This document shows, piece after piece, positions 42,123 to 54,279 of a DNA stretch of 64,000 nt. A program made the translations under genes and the position numbers. Origin of the DNA: an uncultured delta proteobacterium (GTDB taxonomy: Bacteria > Myxococcota_A > Polyangia > Fen-1088); NCBI GenBank assembly GCA_963796685.1, contig CAWCMR010000010.1, forward strand, positions 128,001 through 192,000, in the 5' to 3' direction. Under the pieces are notes generated by a model. It did no database searches and was not told the origin of the DNA. It saw only the letters and a program-made list of their open reading frames with translations. Positions within the stretch are counted from its first letter, which is position 1. Every line of letters begins with the position of its first letter.

Positions 42123-43250
42123 ATGACGGAACGACTCGATTGCGCGGTCATCGGCGGCGGCGTGGTGGGCCTTGCCATCGCGCGCAAGCTCGCCCTGTGC
42201 GGCCGGCAGGTCGTGCTGTTCGAGGCCGAGCGGGCCACGGGGCTGCACACGAGCTCGCGCAACTCCGAGGTCCTGCACGCGGGCATCTACTACCCGACGG
42301 GCTCGCTCAAGGCGCGGATGTGCGTCGAGGGGCGGCGCATGCTCGAAAGCTACTGCACCCGGCGCGGCATCACCTGGCGGCGCATCGGCAAGATCGTCGT
42401 CGCGGTCAACGAAAGAGAGCTACCCAAGCTCGAACAATACAAGGCCCAGGGCCAAAGCAACGGCCTCGACGATTTGGCGTGGCTCGAGCGCGAACAGGTG
42501 CGGACGCTGGAGCCGTCGGTGGTGTGCGTGCGCGCCTTGGCCTCCCCATCGACCGGCCTGGTCGACAGCCACGGGCTGATGCGGGCGCTGGCCAGCGATG
42601 CGCGCGAGGCCGGCTGCGATCTGGTGCTCGGCAGCCCGGTGCTGGGTGGCGAAGTGGTCCAGGGTGGCAGTGATGCCGGCAGCGATGCCGGCATCGACCT
42701 CGACCTCGGCGGCAGCGATCCGGGCCGTTTTCGCTTCCGCAACGTGGTGAACGCCGCCGGATTCTCGGCACCGGCGGTGGCGCGCTCGCTGCGCGGCCTC
42801 GACGCCCAATTCGTTCCCACGCCGTATTTCGCACGCGGCCACTACTTCACGGTCTCCGGCCCTTCGCCGTTCAAGCGACTGATCTATCCCCTGCCCGGGC
42901 CGGACGGGCTCGGCATCCACGTCGCCCTCGATCTCGCCGGCAATCTGCGCTTCGGCCCGGACGCGATCTGGGTCGATGCGCCCGACTACGCCTTCGATGA
43001 AAGTCGCGCGGAGGCCTTCTACCGCGCGATTCGTCGCTACTACCCCGGGCTGCCCGACGGCGTGCTTTCGCCTGGCTTCGTGGGCGTGCGACCCAAGCTC
43101 GCCCCGGCCGGCTCGGGCTTCGTCGACTTCGTGTTGCAAGGGCGCGAGCGTCACGACGTGCCGGGGTTGCTCAACCTCTTCGGTATCGACTCGCCCGGCC
43201 TCACCTCCTGTCTCGCCATCGCCGAGGAAGTCGCTCGCCGGCTGGCGTAG
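42123..43250 (+). CDS. FAD-dependent oxidoreductase (L-2-hydroxyglutarate oxidase-like)
   Basis: IGGGVVG, TSSRNSEVLHAGIYY, GVRPKL, GIDSPGLT. Confidence 0.85.
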   Translation: MTERLDCAVIGGGVVGLAIARKLALCGRQVVLFEAERATGLHTSSRNSEVLHAGIYYPTGSLKARMCVEGRRMLESYCTRRGITWRRIGKIVVAVNERELPKLEQYKAQGQSNGLDDLAWLEREQVRTLEPSVVCVRALASPSTGLVDSHGLMRALASDAREAGCDLVLGSPVLGGEVVQGGSDAGSDAGIDLDLGGSDPGRFRFRNVVNAAGFSAPAVARSLRGLDAQFVPTPYFARGHYFTVSGPSPFKRLIYPLPGPDGLGIHVALDLAGNLRFGPDAIWVDAPDYAFDESRAEAFYRAIRRYYPGLPDGVLSPGFVGVRPKLAPAGSGFVDFVLQGRERHDVPGLLNLFGIDSPGLTSCLAIAEEVARRLA

Positions 43251-43411
43251 CCGATCCACCGGATGTGCCACCTGGGTGGGTGGCGGCTTCGCCCTGCTGG
43301 CCGGACACGGACACGGGGACGGCACGTTCGAGCCCAGGGTGGACTTTCCCATGCCGGATACCGTGGTCTCAATCTTAAGTTTCGGCAGATCCCGGTCGAT
43401 AGAAGGGCTTC

Positions 43412-43786
43412 GTGGAAAAGAGAAAAGCGCTGGTCGTGGACGACATGCCGGACCTCCGAGCACTGACCAAGATGATGTTGATGATGCGAGGGTTCGTTGT
43501 AGATGAGGCAGTGGACGGCACGGAGGCCCTCAAGCGCATCGAGAGCGGACAGCACTATGATGTAGTCTTCTCGGACGTGAGCATGCCGAATATGAACGGC
43601 TTCGAGTTGCTGAAGCGAGTGCGACGGCACCCCAACTTCAAAACCCTCCCAATCGTCATGTTGACCTCCGAACGAAAACAGCAGGACATCGACACCGGGA
43701 AGCGTCTTGGATGCACCTATTACATGCTGAAACCCTTTAGCAAGGAAGAGATTCACAAGGCTCTCGTAGCCGCGCATTTGGAGTAA
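43412..43786 (+). CDS. single-domain CheY-like response regulator
   Basis: LVVDD, SDVSMPNMNG, MLT, KPF. Confidence 0.88.
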   Translation: MEKRKALVVDDMPDLRALTKMMLMMRGFVVDEAVDGTEALKRIESGQHYDVVFSDVSMPNMNGFELLKRVRRHPNFKTLPIVMLTSERKQQDIDTGKRLGCTYYMLKPFSKEEIHKALVAAHLE

Positions 43787-43789
43787 GCA

Positions 43790-44984
43790 ATGCCCGCTCT
43801 TTCCGATTCCGCGCCGGACCTGGACCTCTTGCGCTCCGAGCTCGACGACCGGGTCACGGAGCTTCGAGCAACAGTTCATGGCGTTGGAGCAAGCCCACGG
43901 CGAGGGCAAGTCAAACATCGAGGCGCTGCACCTGATCTTGCGCCAAGCGCATTCGCTCAAGGGCTCCCTGTCCATGGCTGACCGGACAGAAGCTGCGCAT
44001 GCGGTTCATGCCATGGAAACTGTCTTTGTCGCCCTTCGGGAGGGACGGCTGGCCGTATCGCCCGAGCTCTTCGACCTCGCCTTTACCTCTTTGGACCAGA
44101 TCTCGCGTGTAGCAGAACAGGGTGCGCAATCCGACGGGCAGCTTCGCGAGCTGGCCACCCGGTGGAATTCCGCCAACGATGGAGCCGGTGGCCAGGCGGT
44201 GCGTGGGCATGCAAAACTGCCCTTTGACCTTCTGCCAAACGAGGTGGAAAGACTCCGCGTGGCCATCGCCCAAAGCCACAACCTCTACCTCATCGAGAAG
44301 TCCATTCTGAGCACGATCAGCAAGGAGACATACGAGACTCTGCCGATCTACGAAGACATCACCGGGATTGGTGTGTTGGTCGCACAAAGGCCGGCCTTCG
44401 CGGACATCGATCAGAAGCAGCGGGAGGTGGTTCTCCTGCTGCTTGCGTCTTCGCCGCTTGATGCGCAAGCGATGGGGAGCGAGATCTTCGATCCCACACT
44501 GCCGGTGGCTCTCTCTGAAGCAGATAGAATCGCCTACCTTGCCAAGTTGCTGGCACCGCCACCGGCGAAGGTTGTGCCGAAAGGCATCAGGTGTCTTGTT
44601 GTGGAGGACGATTTCACCTCACGCCTCCTGTTGCAAAGATACCTGGCGCCACTCGGGGAGACGCATGTCGCAGTGGATGGTGAAGAAGCCTTGGCCGCCG
44701 TGAAGATGTCCTTGGAGGATGGCGCGCCCTATCAGCTCATTTGCCTCGACATCATGATGCCAAAGCTGGACGGACAGGCTGTTTTGAATGACTTGCGTCA
44801 GCTCGAGGAAGAACACAGGATCCTGCTTGGTAACGGTGCCAAAGTGGTCATGACCACTTGTCTGGCAGACAATCGGAACATCATGAATGCCTTTCGCGGG
44901 CAATGTGACGCCTACATCGTCAAACCAGTCGAACGGTCCAAACTGATGGAGCAGCTCCAGCGGCTCGGTCTGCTGCTCCCTTGA
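43790..44984 (+). CDS. Hpt domain + response regulator (frameshift near 43872)
   Basis: AHSLKG (CheA-P1-like) and LVVEDD...LDIMMPKLDG...KP. Confidence 0.8.
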
Positions 44985-45022
44985 AAGCCCGCGCGAACTG
45001 CCGACAAGGATGAGGCTGAATC

Positions 45023-47996
45023 ATGTCGGAGGCTTCCACCTTTTCACGACATCCCCTCGGCGAGACGAGCTCCGAGCGGGAGACACAAGTTCTTTTCGAG
45101 GCTCTGTTTCGCAACAGTTCCTCGCTCATGACGATCCTTTCGCTCCCCGACCGACGCTTCGTGGACGTCAACGACTCCTCACTTGGAAAGCTTGGCTATA
45201 CCAGGGACGAGCTCATCGGCAAGACGTCTTCTGAGCTTGGTCTGTTTCCGCACCCGGAACAGCAGGCCATGCTGGCGGATAAGATTCTGTCCATTGGGCA
45301 CGTCGCAGATGTTGAGGTGCAGTTCCGATGCAAGGATGGGTCGCTCCTCGATGGCCTGCTCTCGGGCGACGCCATCACCCGCCTGGGACGGTCCTATTTC
45401 CTGACCCGCACCGTGGACATCACTGCGCATAAACGCTTGGAGACAGCTCTACAGCAAGAGCGTCAGCGTCTCGCGGGCATCATCGGCGCGGCCAACGTCG
45501 GGACTTGGGAATGGAATGTCCAGAGCGGGCAGACGGTGTTCAACAAACGCTGGGCCGAAATGTTCGGCTACACGTTGGAAGAGCTGGGACCGGTCTCGAT
45601 TGACACATGGATGCGACTCGTCCATCCCGACGATGGGAGGGCCGGTTGGGCGGTGCTGGAGAGACATTTCACGGGTGAGCTCGACTACTACGAATGCGAA
45701 TGCCGGGTGAGGCACAGAGATGGGCGATGGATTTGGGTGCTCGACCGCGGGGGCCTGGTAAGTCGGACCGCAGACGGCAAGCCTTTACTGATGTATGGCA
45801 CCCATCAGGACATCACAGCGCGAAAGCACGCCGAGCAGGCTTTGCTCGAAATCAATGAGGCTTTGGCGATACAGAGCGCGGCGGCAAGGGAGATTGCCTT
45901 GGAGGCTGAACGGGCCAATGCCGCCAAAAGCGAGTTCCTTGCCAACATGAGCCACGAGATCCGGACGCCCATGAACGGCGTAATCGGCATGACGGGGCTT
46001 CTGTTGGAAACCGGTCTGAACGAGGAGCAGCGGCACTACGCCGAAGCCGTTCGCGCCAGCGGCGAATCCTTGCTGGCTTTGGTCAACGACATCCTCGATT
46101 TCTCGAAGATCGAGGCGGGAAAGGTCAGGCTGGAAATCCTCGACTTCGACCTGCGCGTGCTGCTTGATGACTTGGCGGCCATGATGGGGTTACGCGCCGA
46201 GGAGAAGCAGCTCGAAGCTCATCCATTCCATGGCTCCGGACGTCCCGACCCGCGTGCTTGGTGATCCCGGGCGCCTGCGCCAGATCCTTGTCAACCTGAT
46301 CGGCAACGCGCTCAAGTTCACCAGCAAGGGCGACGTGATGATCCGGGTGAGCCTGGAGCAAGAAACTTCGCATGAGGTGAGTCTGCGGTTCTCGGTGAGC
46401 GACACAGGCATTGGAATACCGGAGGACCGACTTGGTCTATTATTCGAGAAATTCACGCAAGTCGACGCCTCCACCACCCGCGAGTACGGCGGTACGGGCT
46501 TGGGGCTGGCCATCTCGAAGCAACTCGCTGAAATAATGGGAGGGCAAATCGGCGTCCGGAGCGAGGCGGGACGAGGCTCGGAGTTCTGGTTCACGGCCCG
46601 CTTCGAAAAGCAGTTGACGGTTTTCGACTCGCGACGACGCCTGCCCGAAGGACTGGGGAACGCCCGCGTGCTCGTCGTGGACGACAACCCGAAGGTCCGA
46701 GAGGCACTCGTGGCGCAAATGACCGGCTGGCGAATGCCGGCGGTCGAGGCCGCCGATGGTTCAGCGGCAGTGCGACTGCTCTACGAATCGCTGAAGTCGG
46801 GCGATCTGTTCCACGTTCTTCTGATCGAGATGCAGATGTCTGGAATGGACGGCGTGGCCCTGGGCCGAATCGTGAGGTGTGAGAAACGATTCGCAAGCGT
46901 CGCGCTGGTCCTGATGACCACCTCGGGCCAACGATGGGACGATGGTCGCCTCAAAGAGGCGGGGTTCGCCGCACAGATCGTCAAGCCGGTGCAGCAGGCT
47001 GCCCTCTTCGACTGCCTGGTCACATCGCAGGGTGGGGCCTCGACACTGGAGCAACAACCGACTGCCCGTCATGTCTTGAACAACCTCATGTGGAGGAACA
47101 CGCGGGTCCTGCTGGCCGAAGATAACCTCACCAACCAGCAAGTCGCCCTTGCGATTTTGCGCAAGCTCGGGCTCAAGGCCGATGTGGCGGCCAATGGACG
47201 GGAGGCGATCGAGGCGCTGCGGGACATTCCCTATCAAATCGTGTTGATGGACGTGCAGATGCCCCAGATGGACGGGCTCGAAGCTACGCGCATCATTCGG
47301 GCCGCGGGCGAAGGGATTCGCAACCGTGCCATTCCGATTATCGCGATGACTGCCTGTGCTATGGAGCAGGATCGAAAACGCTGCCTCGAAGCCGGCATGG
47401 ATGACTACATCGCGAAGCCGGTAACGCCCGAAAGCCTGGCGAACATCATCAAGAAGTGGCTCGCGAGACAAAGGCCTCCCGAACCCGATGCCCTGCAAAG
47501 CCGTTCGGTTCCAACCGAGGCCGCACCCGCCGCGAATCCCGGCGTCATGGTCTTCGACGAAAGCGCACTCCTTCGGCGGGTGATGGGCGATGGCCTCCTC
47601 GCTCTAGATGTCGTCGCCGGGTTCCTGGGCGATATACCCAAACAGATTGAGACCCTGAAATCCTGCTTGCAATCCGGCGATGTGCGAGGCGCAGAACGCC
47701 AGGCCCACACCATCAAGGGTGCCTCCGCCGTCGTCTGTGGCGATGTCTTGAGTCACTTGGCATCGACGCTGGAGGAGGCAAGCAAGGCCGGCAATCTCGC
47801 AGCGGTCTCGGAATCCCTCGGGGAGCTGGAGGAGCAATTTGCGCGGCTGAAACAGGCCATGGAGACGTGGGAGGGCGCTCGAGCAATGCGTCCCGAGAAG
47901 CCGCTCAGACCACCCCAACCCGCGACGTTCTGGTCCGAGTCGCCAGGATCCAGAGAGGAAATGTCCAGCGTGCTCACCCCTCTTGGCATCCCATAG
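45023..47996 (+). CDS. hybrid sensor histidine kinase PAS-PAS-HisKA-HATPase-REC-REC-Hpt (frameshift near 46215)
   Basis: [49 protein letters not shown]. Confidence 0.9.
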
Positions 47997-48001
47997 ATGT
48001 C

Positions 48002-49384
48002 TCAACCTCCATTGCCTCCGGCCCGTATGCCGGAGGTGGACGACCCGAGCGGCTCGACGGGGCCCACGATCACCAGGTACGAAAACGCCCCCAAGAGCGA
48101 AAAGCCTCCTGCCGCGACCAGCGGCACCACGAAGCCGCCCGTCCGCTCCACCATGAACCCGACGAACGCGGCGACCGAAACGCCGCCCAGGTTCGATGCG
48201 AAATTTTGGATGCCCCCAAGCGAGGCCACGTGCCGGGGCGTAGGTGCGACGTCCGACGGCAACGACCAGATGCTGGCCGCCGCGAAGGCCAGGCTGCCGT
48301 AGCACAACGACAGCAGCGCCAGCGCCGCCACCGCGCTGGGGACGATCACGGCCAGGGCGATGCTCGACGACAGCAGCATGCCGCCCACGATGGGGATCTT
48401 CCGCGCGAGAGTCAGATGCAGGCCGCGCCGGAAGAGAAAATCGGAGAACAACCCGCCCAGGTACCCGCACGGAATGGCGAACAGCGCGGGGATCGAGCCG
48501 AAGAGTTGCATCTTGAGCAAGGTGAAGCCGCGCTCCTTGACGAGGTAGCTCGGGAACCAGGTGATGAAGAAATAGATGACGAAGCTCAGGCAAAAGAAGC
48601 CGAGCATCATCCCCCACACCGTGCGGTAGCGAAACAGATCGCGCCAGCGGATCGGCCGCCCCCCGGGATCCGCCGGGACGGAACGATTTGCGTCGACCAA
48701 GATGTGTGCGCGCTCGGCCTCGCCGACCCACGGGTGTTGGCTCGGATGCCGGTAGACCCTGAACCAGACCAGCGCCCACGCGAGCCCCAGCGCGCCGGTC
48801 GCCAGGAACGACGCCCGCCACCCGAAGTGCGCGACCACCGTCGACACCAGCGGTAGCGCCAGCGCCGGCCCGACGCGCGCGCCGCTATCGAAGATGCTGG
48901 TGGCGAATGCCCGTTCGGCGGGCGGGAACCACTCCGACACCACCTTGGCGTTGGCGGGATAGGCGGGCGCCTCACCGGCACCGAGCAAGAGCCGCACCCC
49001 GAACAGGGACGCGAACCCGCGCGCCAGCGCCGTCGCTGCCGTGAACGACGACCACCAGACCACGGCGAGGGTGTACGCGACGCGTGGGCCGACGCGGTCG
49101 ACGAACCAGCCCGACGGCAGCTGGCCGAACGCGTAGGTCCAGAAGAACGCCCCCATCACCAAGCCCGCTGTGCTGGGACGCAGCCCGAGGTCGCGCTGCA
49201 GATAGGGCATCGCCACGCCCAGGTTGGCCCGATCGATGTAGCTGATCGTGGTCCCGAGAAAGGCCAGGAAGATGATCAGCCAGCGCACGCGCCCTGCGGC
49301 CGACGGTTTTGCCAAGGTCGAGCCATGCTGCCACAAACGGCGCAACGGCGCGAACAGCACGCCAAGAAACACGGCAATAAACAC
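48002..49384 (-). CDS. MFS transporter (ACS / sugar-acid family)
   Basis: ISYIDRANL, GWFVDRVGPR, RLLLGAGEAPAYP; start may be further downstream. Confidence 0.88.
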   Translation of the reverse strand: MFIAVFLGVLFAPLRRLWQHGSTLAKPSAAGRVRWLIIFLAFLGTTISYIDRANLGVAMPYLQRDLGLRPSTAGLVMGAFFWTYAFGQLPSGWFVDRVGPRVAYTLAVVWWSSFTAATALARGFASLFGVRLLLGAGEAPAYPANAKVVSEWFPPAERAFATSIFDSGARVGPALALPLVSTVVAHFGWRASFLATGALGLAWALVWFRVYRHPSQHPWVGEAERAHILVDANRSVPADPGGRPIRWRDLFRYRTVWGMMLGFFCLSFVIYFFITWFPSYLVKERGFTLLKMQLFGSIPALFAIPCGYLGGLFSDFLFRRGLHLTLARKIPIVGGMLLSSSIALAVIVPSAVAALALLSLCYGSLAFAAASIWSLPSDVAPTPRHVASLGGIQNFASNLGGVSVAAFVGFMVERTGGFVVPLVAAGGFSLLGAFSYLVIVGPVEPLGSSTSGIRAGGNGG

Positions 49385-49398
49385 ACTATGATGAGCGC

Positions 49399-49896
49399 AT
49401 GGTGATCATCCTGATGGGCGTGGCCGGCAGCGGAAAGTCCACCGTCGCGCAAGGCCTCGCCGCGGCGCTCGGCTGGCCCTTCCTCGAGGGGGACGAGCTT
49501 CACCCGGCGGCGAACCTGTCCAAGATGACGGCCGGCGCGCCGCTTACCGATGAGGATCGGCGCCCCTGGCTCGCGGCGCTGCGCACGCGCATCGAGGCGA
49601 CCCTGGCGGCGGGCGGCGACCTGGTCGTGACCTGCTCGGCGCTCAAGCGGGACTACCGTCGTGCGCTGCAGGTCGCCTCGGCGCACGTCCGCTTCGTCTA
49701 CCTGCGCGGCGATGCCGCGCTCATCGCCGAGAGACTGCGCCTGCGCCAGGGACACTTCATGAAGGCCGCGATGCTGGAAAGCCAGATGGCGGCGCTGGAG
49801 GAGCCGTCGCCCGGCGAGGCGCTGACCGTCGATGCCGCGCTCGCGCCCGACACGCTGGTCACGCAGATCGCGGCGTCGCTGGGCCTCCCCAGGTAG
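49399..49896 (+). CDS. gntK: gluconokinase
   Basis: MGVAGSGKST, EGDELHP, PLTDEDRRPWL, CSALKR, GHFM. Confidence 0.9.
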   Translation: MVIILMGVAGSGKSTVAQGLAAALGWPFLEGDELHPAANLSKMTAGAPLTDEDRRPWLAALRTRIEATLAAGGDLVVTCSALKRDYRRALQVASAHVRFVYLRGDAALIAERLRLRQGHFMKAAMLESQMAALEEPSPGEALTVDAALAPDTLVTQIAASLGLPR

Positions 49897-49929
49897 CCGG
49901 TCACCGCGACCTCGGGGCCGCCGGATGAG

Positions 49930-52534
49930 CTACTTCGCCGGCACGCTCACCATCGCTCGCAGCCGGACGTCGCGAGAAGAGGCGGCGGCGCGCAGCTCGT
50001 ACGTCCCTGGGGCGACTCGCCAGGCAGGGGCGGCGGGCCGGGTTTCGTCGTAGAACGCGAAGGCTCGCGTCGGCAGTTGCACCTCGATGGTTCGCTCTTC
50101 GCCCTTGTCCAGATCGACGCGGGCAAAGGCGCGAAGCTCTTGCTCGGCGCGGGGTACGCTCACGGCGGGCGCATGCACGTAAACCTGTGCGACCTCGGCT
50201 CCTCGCCTCGCTCCGGTGTTCTTCACGATGAATCGCACGGTCACGCCCCGCTGCGCATCCCACGCTGACACCTCGAGGTCGCGATAGGCGAAGCGGGTGT
50301 ACGAGAGCCCATACCCGAACGGGAACAACGGTTCCAGCTTGCGGGTGTCGTACCAGCGATAGCCGACCAGGGTCCCTTCTCGGTAGTGCACCTTGCCCTG
50401 CTCGCCGGGATAGTTGCCGAACCACGCCTCGTCTTCCAGACGCTTCGGGAAGGTCACGGGCAGCTTGCCCGATGGACTGGTCTCGCCAAGCAACACGTCG
50501 GCCATCGCCGTGCCGCCCTCTTGTCCGGGGAACCACGCGTGCAGCACCGCTTTCGCCTTGTCGAGCCAGGGCATGGCCACCGCCGCGCCCGTGGTCGTCA
50601 CGACGATCAGTCGGGGATTGACAGACTGCGGCAGCGCGCACGATTTCGTCCTGGCGTCCGGGCAGGGCGAGCGACGGGCGATCCTGCCCCTCGGTTTCAT
50701 CGCCCATGCCGTCGCCGACCGCGGCGATGACGACATCGGCCCCGCGCGCGGTCTCCGCGATCTTGCCCAGCGGATCGCGCTCTGCCCGCTGCCACAGAAG
50801 CTCGACCGATGCGCCGATGATCGCCTCGTAGTAGTCCAGGCGAATCTGGTAAGCCTTGCCACCCACCAGTGGGATTTCCGTGGTCTTGAGCGTCGGGGGA
50901 TGATCGCCCCAGTTGTCGACGAGCAGCTTGCCATCGAGGTAGAGGCGGGCGCCGTCGTCCGAACGGACCGCCAACATGTAGAGGCCGGACTTGGGTGGCA
51001 CGAGCTTGCCGCTCCAGCGCACCGAGAAATTGTCCTCGGGGAATTCCGGCGCTGGCGCGGAGAGCTCCCAGTGAAAATTCACCGTGGGGTCGACGCGCGA
51101 AAGCTTGGGCGCGCCGGCGTGACTGCGGTTGGGGAAGTATTCCCCCAGCAAGCCTTGGCCCGCGTGACCCGCAGGCGGCGTGAGCGCGCTGGGCGGTATG
51201 GCCGCGAGACCGTCGAGGGTGATCTCGCCGGGGGCGTAGTCGACGCGAACCTTGCTGCCCAAGGCCTGACGGAGCGCCTGGACCAGGGTCACCTGTCGCG
51301 TGGCCGAGACGTGCGCGCTGCCGCCGCCGCCATCGAGGTGATCGCCGCGTGGTCCGACCACGGCGATCCTGCGCAGCTTGCTCGCGTCGAGCGGAAGGAT
51401 GCCGTGCTCGTTCTTGAGCAAGACGAAACCCTCCCGAGCGGCCACGCGATTGAGCGCGCGATGCTCGAGGGTATCGGTGCCTTCCGCGCGTACCGTGGCG
51501 TCCTCGTCGAGATGGAGCGCCGCGATCACGCGCAACTGCCGGCGGACCAGGTCGTCGAGCGCCCCGCTCGTGATGGTCTTTTGTTCCAGCGCCGCGCGCA
51601 TGGCAGCCGGCTGGTACACCAGGGCCGACGGCATTTCCAGGTCCATGCCGGCGTGTACGGCGGGCAGCAGATCGTGCGTGGCGCCCCAATCGGACATGAC
51701 CAAGCCCCGGAATCCCCAGTCCCGCCGCAAGATCCCGTCAAGCAAGCGGGGGTTTTCACAGGCGAAGGCTCCACCGACCTTGTTGTAGGCGCACATCACC
51801 GCCCACACCCCGGCCTCTTTGACCGCCGCCTCGAAGGCGGGCAAGTAGATTTCGTGCAGCGTCCTGTCATCCAGCTCGACGTCGATGTCCTTGCGTTCGG
51901 TCTCCTGGTTGTTGGCCGCGAAGTGCTTGACCGTGGCCACCACCCCCTGGCTCTGTACGCCTCGGATGTAGCCGACGGCCATGCCGGCGGCCAGCGCGGG
52001 ATCCTCGCCGAGGTACTCGAAATCGCGACCATCGAGCGGAGTGCGCACGATATTCACCGCGGGGCCCAGGATGACGTTCTTGCCGTGGGCCTTGGTTTCG
52101 CGCGCGATGGCCGCGCCGATCCGTTCCGCCAGCGCCGGGTCGAAGGACGCCGCCAAGAGGATGCTGGCCGGAAACTCCGTGGCCTGACCGACCCGCACGC
52201 CGATCGGGCCGTCGGTCATGCGCAGCGAGGGAATGTGCAGACGCGGAACACCGACGCTGTCGAAGCCCGTGCCAGCCACCAGCGCAAGCTTCTCGTCCAA
52301 GGTCATGGCGGCAAGCCAGGCCTCGACGCGAGCTTCGATGGGATCCATGGCCGGTTTGCAGAGCGGCGCTTCGGCACAGGGCGTGGGCGCAACCGGCGAC
52401 GCACCCGATGATACGGTGGCTTCGGTCATTCCCGCCGTCGCGCACCCTGGGTCGACCGCCAGCGACAAGGCAAGGGCTGCCGAGGCAACCGCGGCGAGGA
52501 TGACCTTGCAGTTCTTTCGGATAGGGTAGCGCAC
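49930..52534 (-). CDS. GH3 beta-glucosidase with PA14 and Fn3 domains (frameshift near 50625)
   Basis: TDGPIG, GRDFEYLGEDP, KHFAAN, MSDWGA, SDDG, PSGKLPVTFP, PFGYGLSYT. Confidence 0.9.
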
Positions 52535-52682
52535 GGCGTATTCTCCTTGGACGACGGCAGCGTTGCCGTCCTGGCATCATGAGGCAGGCACACAACTAGT
52601 ACCCGAAATCGCCTTTAGCGGCTATCGGGAACCCTAGCCCCCATTCCAAGGCTAAAACTCTCGTCTGACAGGGCGACGAAAG

Positions 52683-52896
52683 GTGGTCGTGGTCGTAACG
52701 TCACCGTGGCCGTGGCCGTGGCCGGAGATTTTGGACGCTCAGGCCATTGGAAATCAGCCAGTGGTCGGCGGCTGGCAGACCAGGGAGCAAATTTCTGAAA
52801 GCCGAACATGCATGAGTTTCGGCAGCACAGCGGAAAAGTTGCTCGGCCACGGCCACGGCCACGGCCACGACTACGGCCACGGCTACGACCACGGCC
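52683..52896. repeat. inverted hexamer arrays (GTGGCC/GTGGTC at 52683-52724; GGCCAC/GACCAC at 52844-52896)
   Basis: The two arrays are approximate reverse complements and enclose ~120 bp. Confidence 0.75.
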
Positions 52897-52985
52897 TTCT
52901 GCGGTTGTCGCGGGATTATGGTTTCTGCGGGGCGCTGGGCTCCGAAACGCAAACTCTGATATTCTGATTCCGGAAGGAGAGCGCC

Positions 52986-54119
<1,134 letters not shown>

Positions 54120-54279
54120 CGCCAGTAGCCGCTGGCGTTGGTCTGTTGTTTCGTCTTCGTGACGACAACACGGTCAGTCCGCGTCGTCCTGAGGGTTCGA
54201 CAGTGCATCGTGTCGATGCGCTGAATCCGCGCCTGGCGTGCCGTCATCCAACCACCAACGCAAGCCAAGAAGGCCTGCC

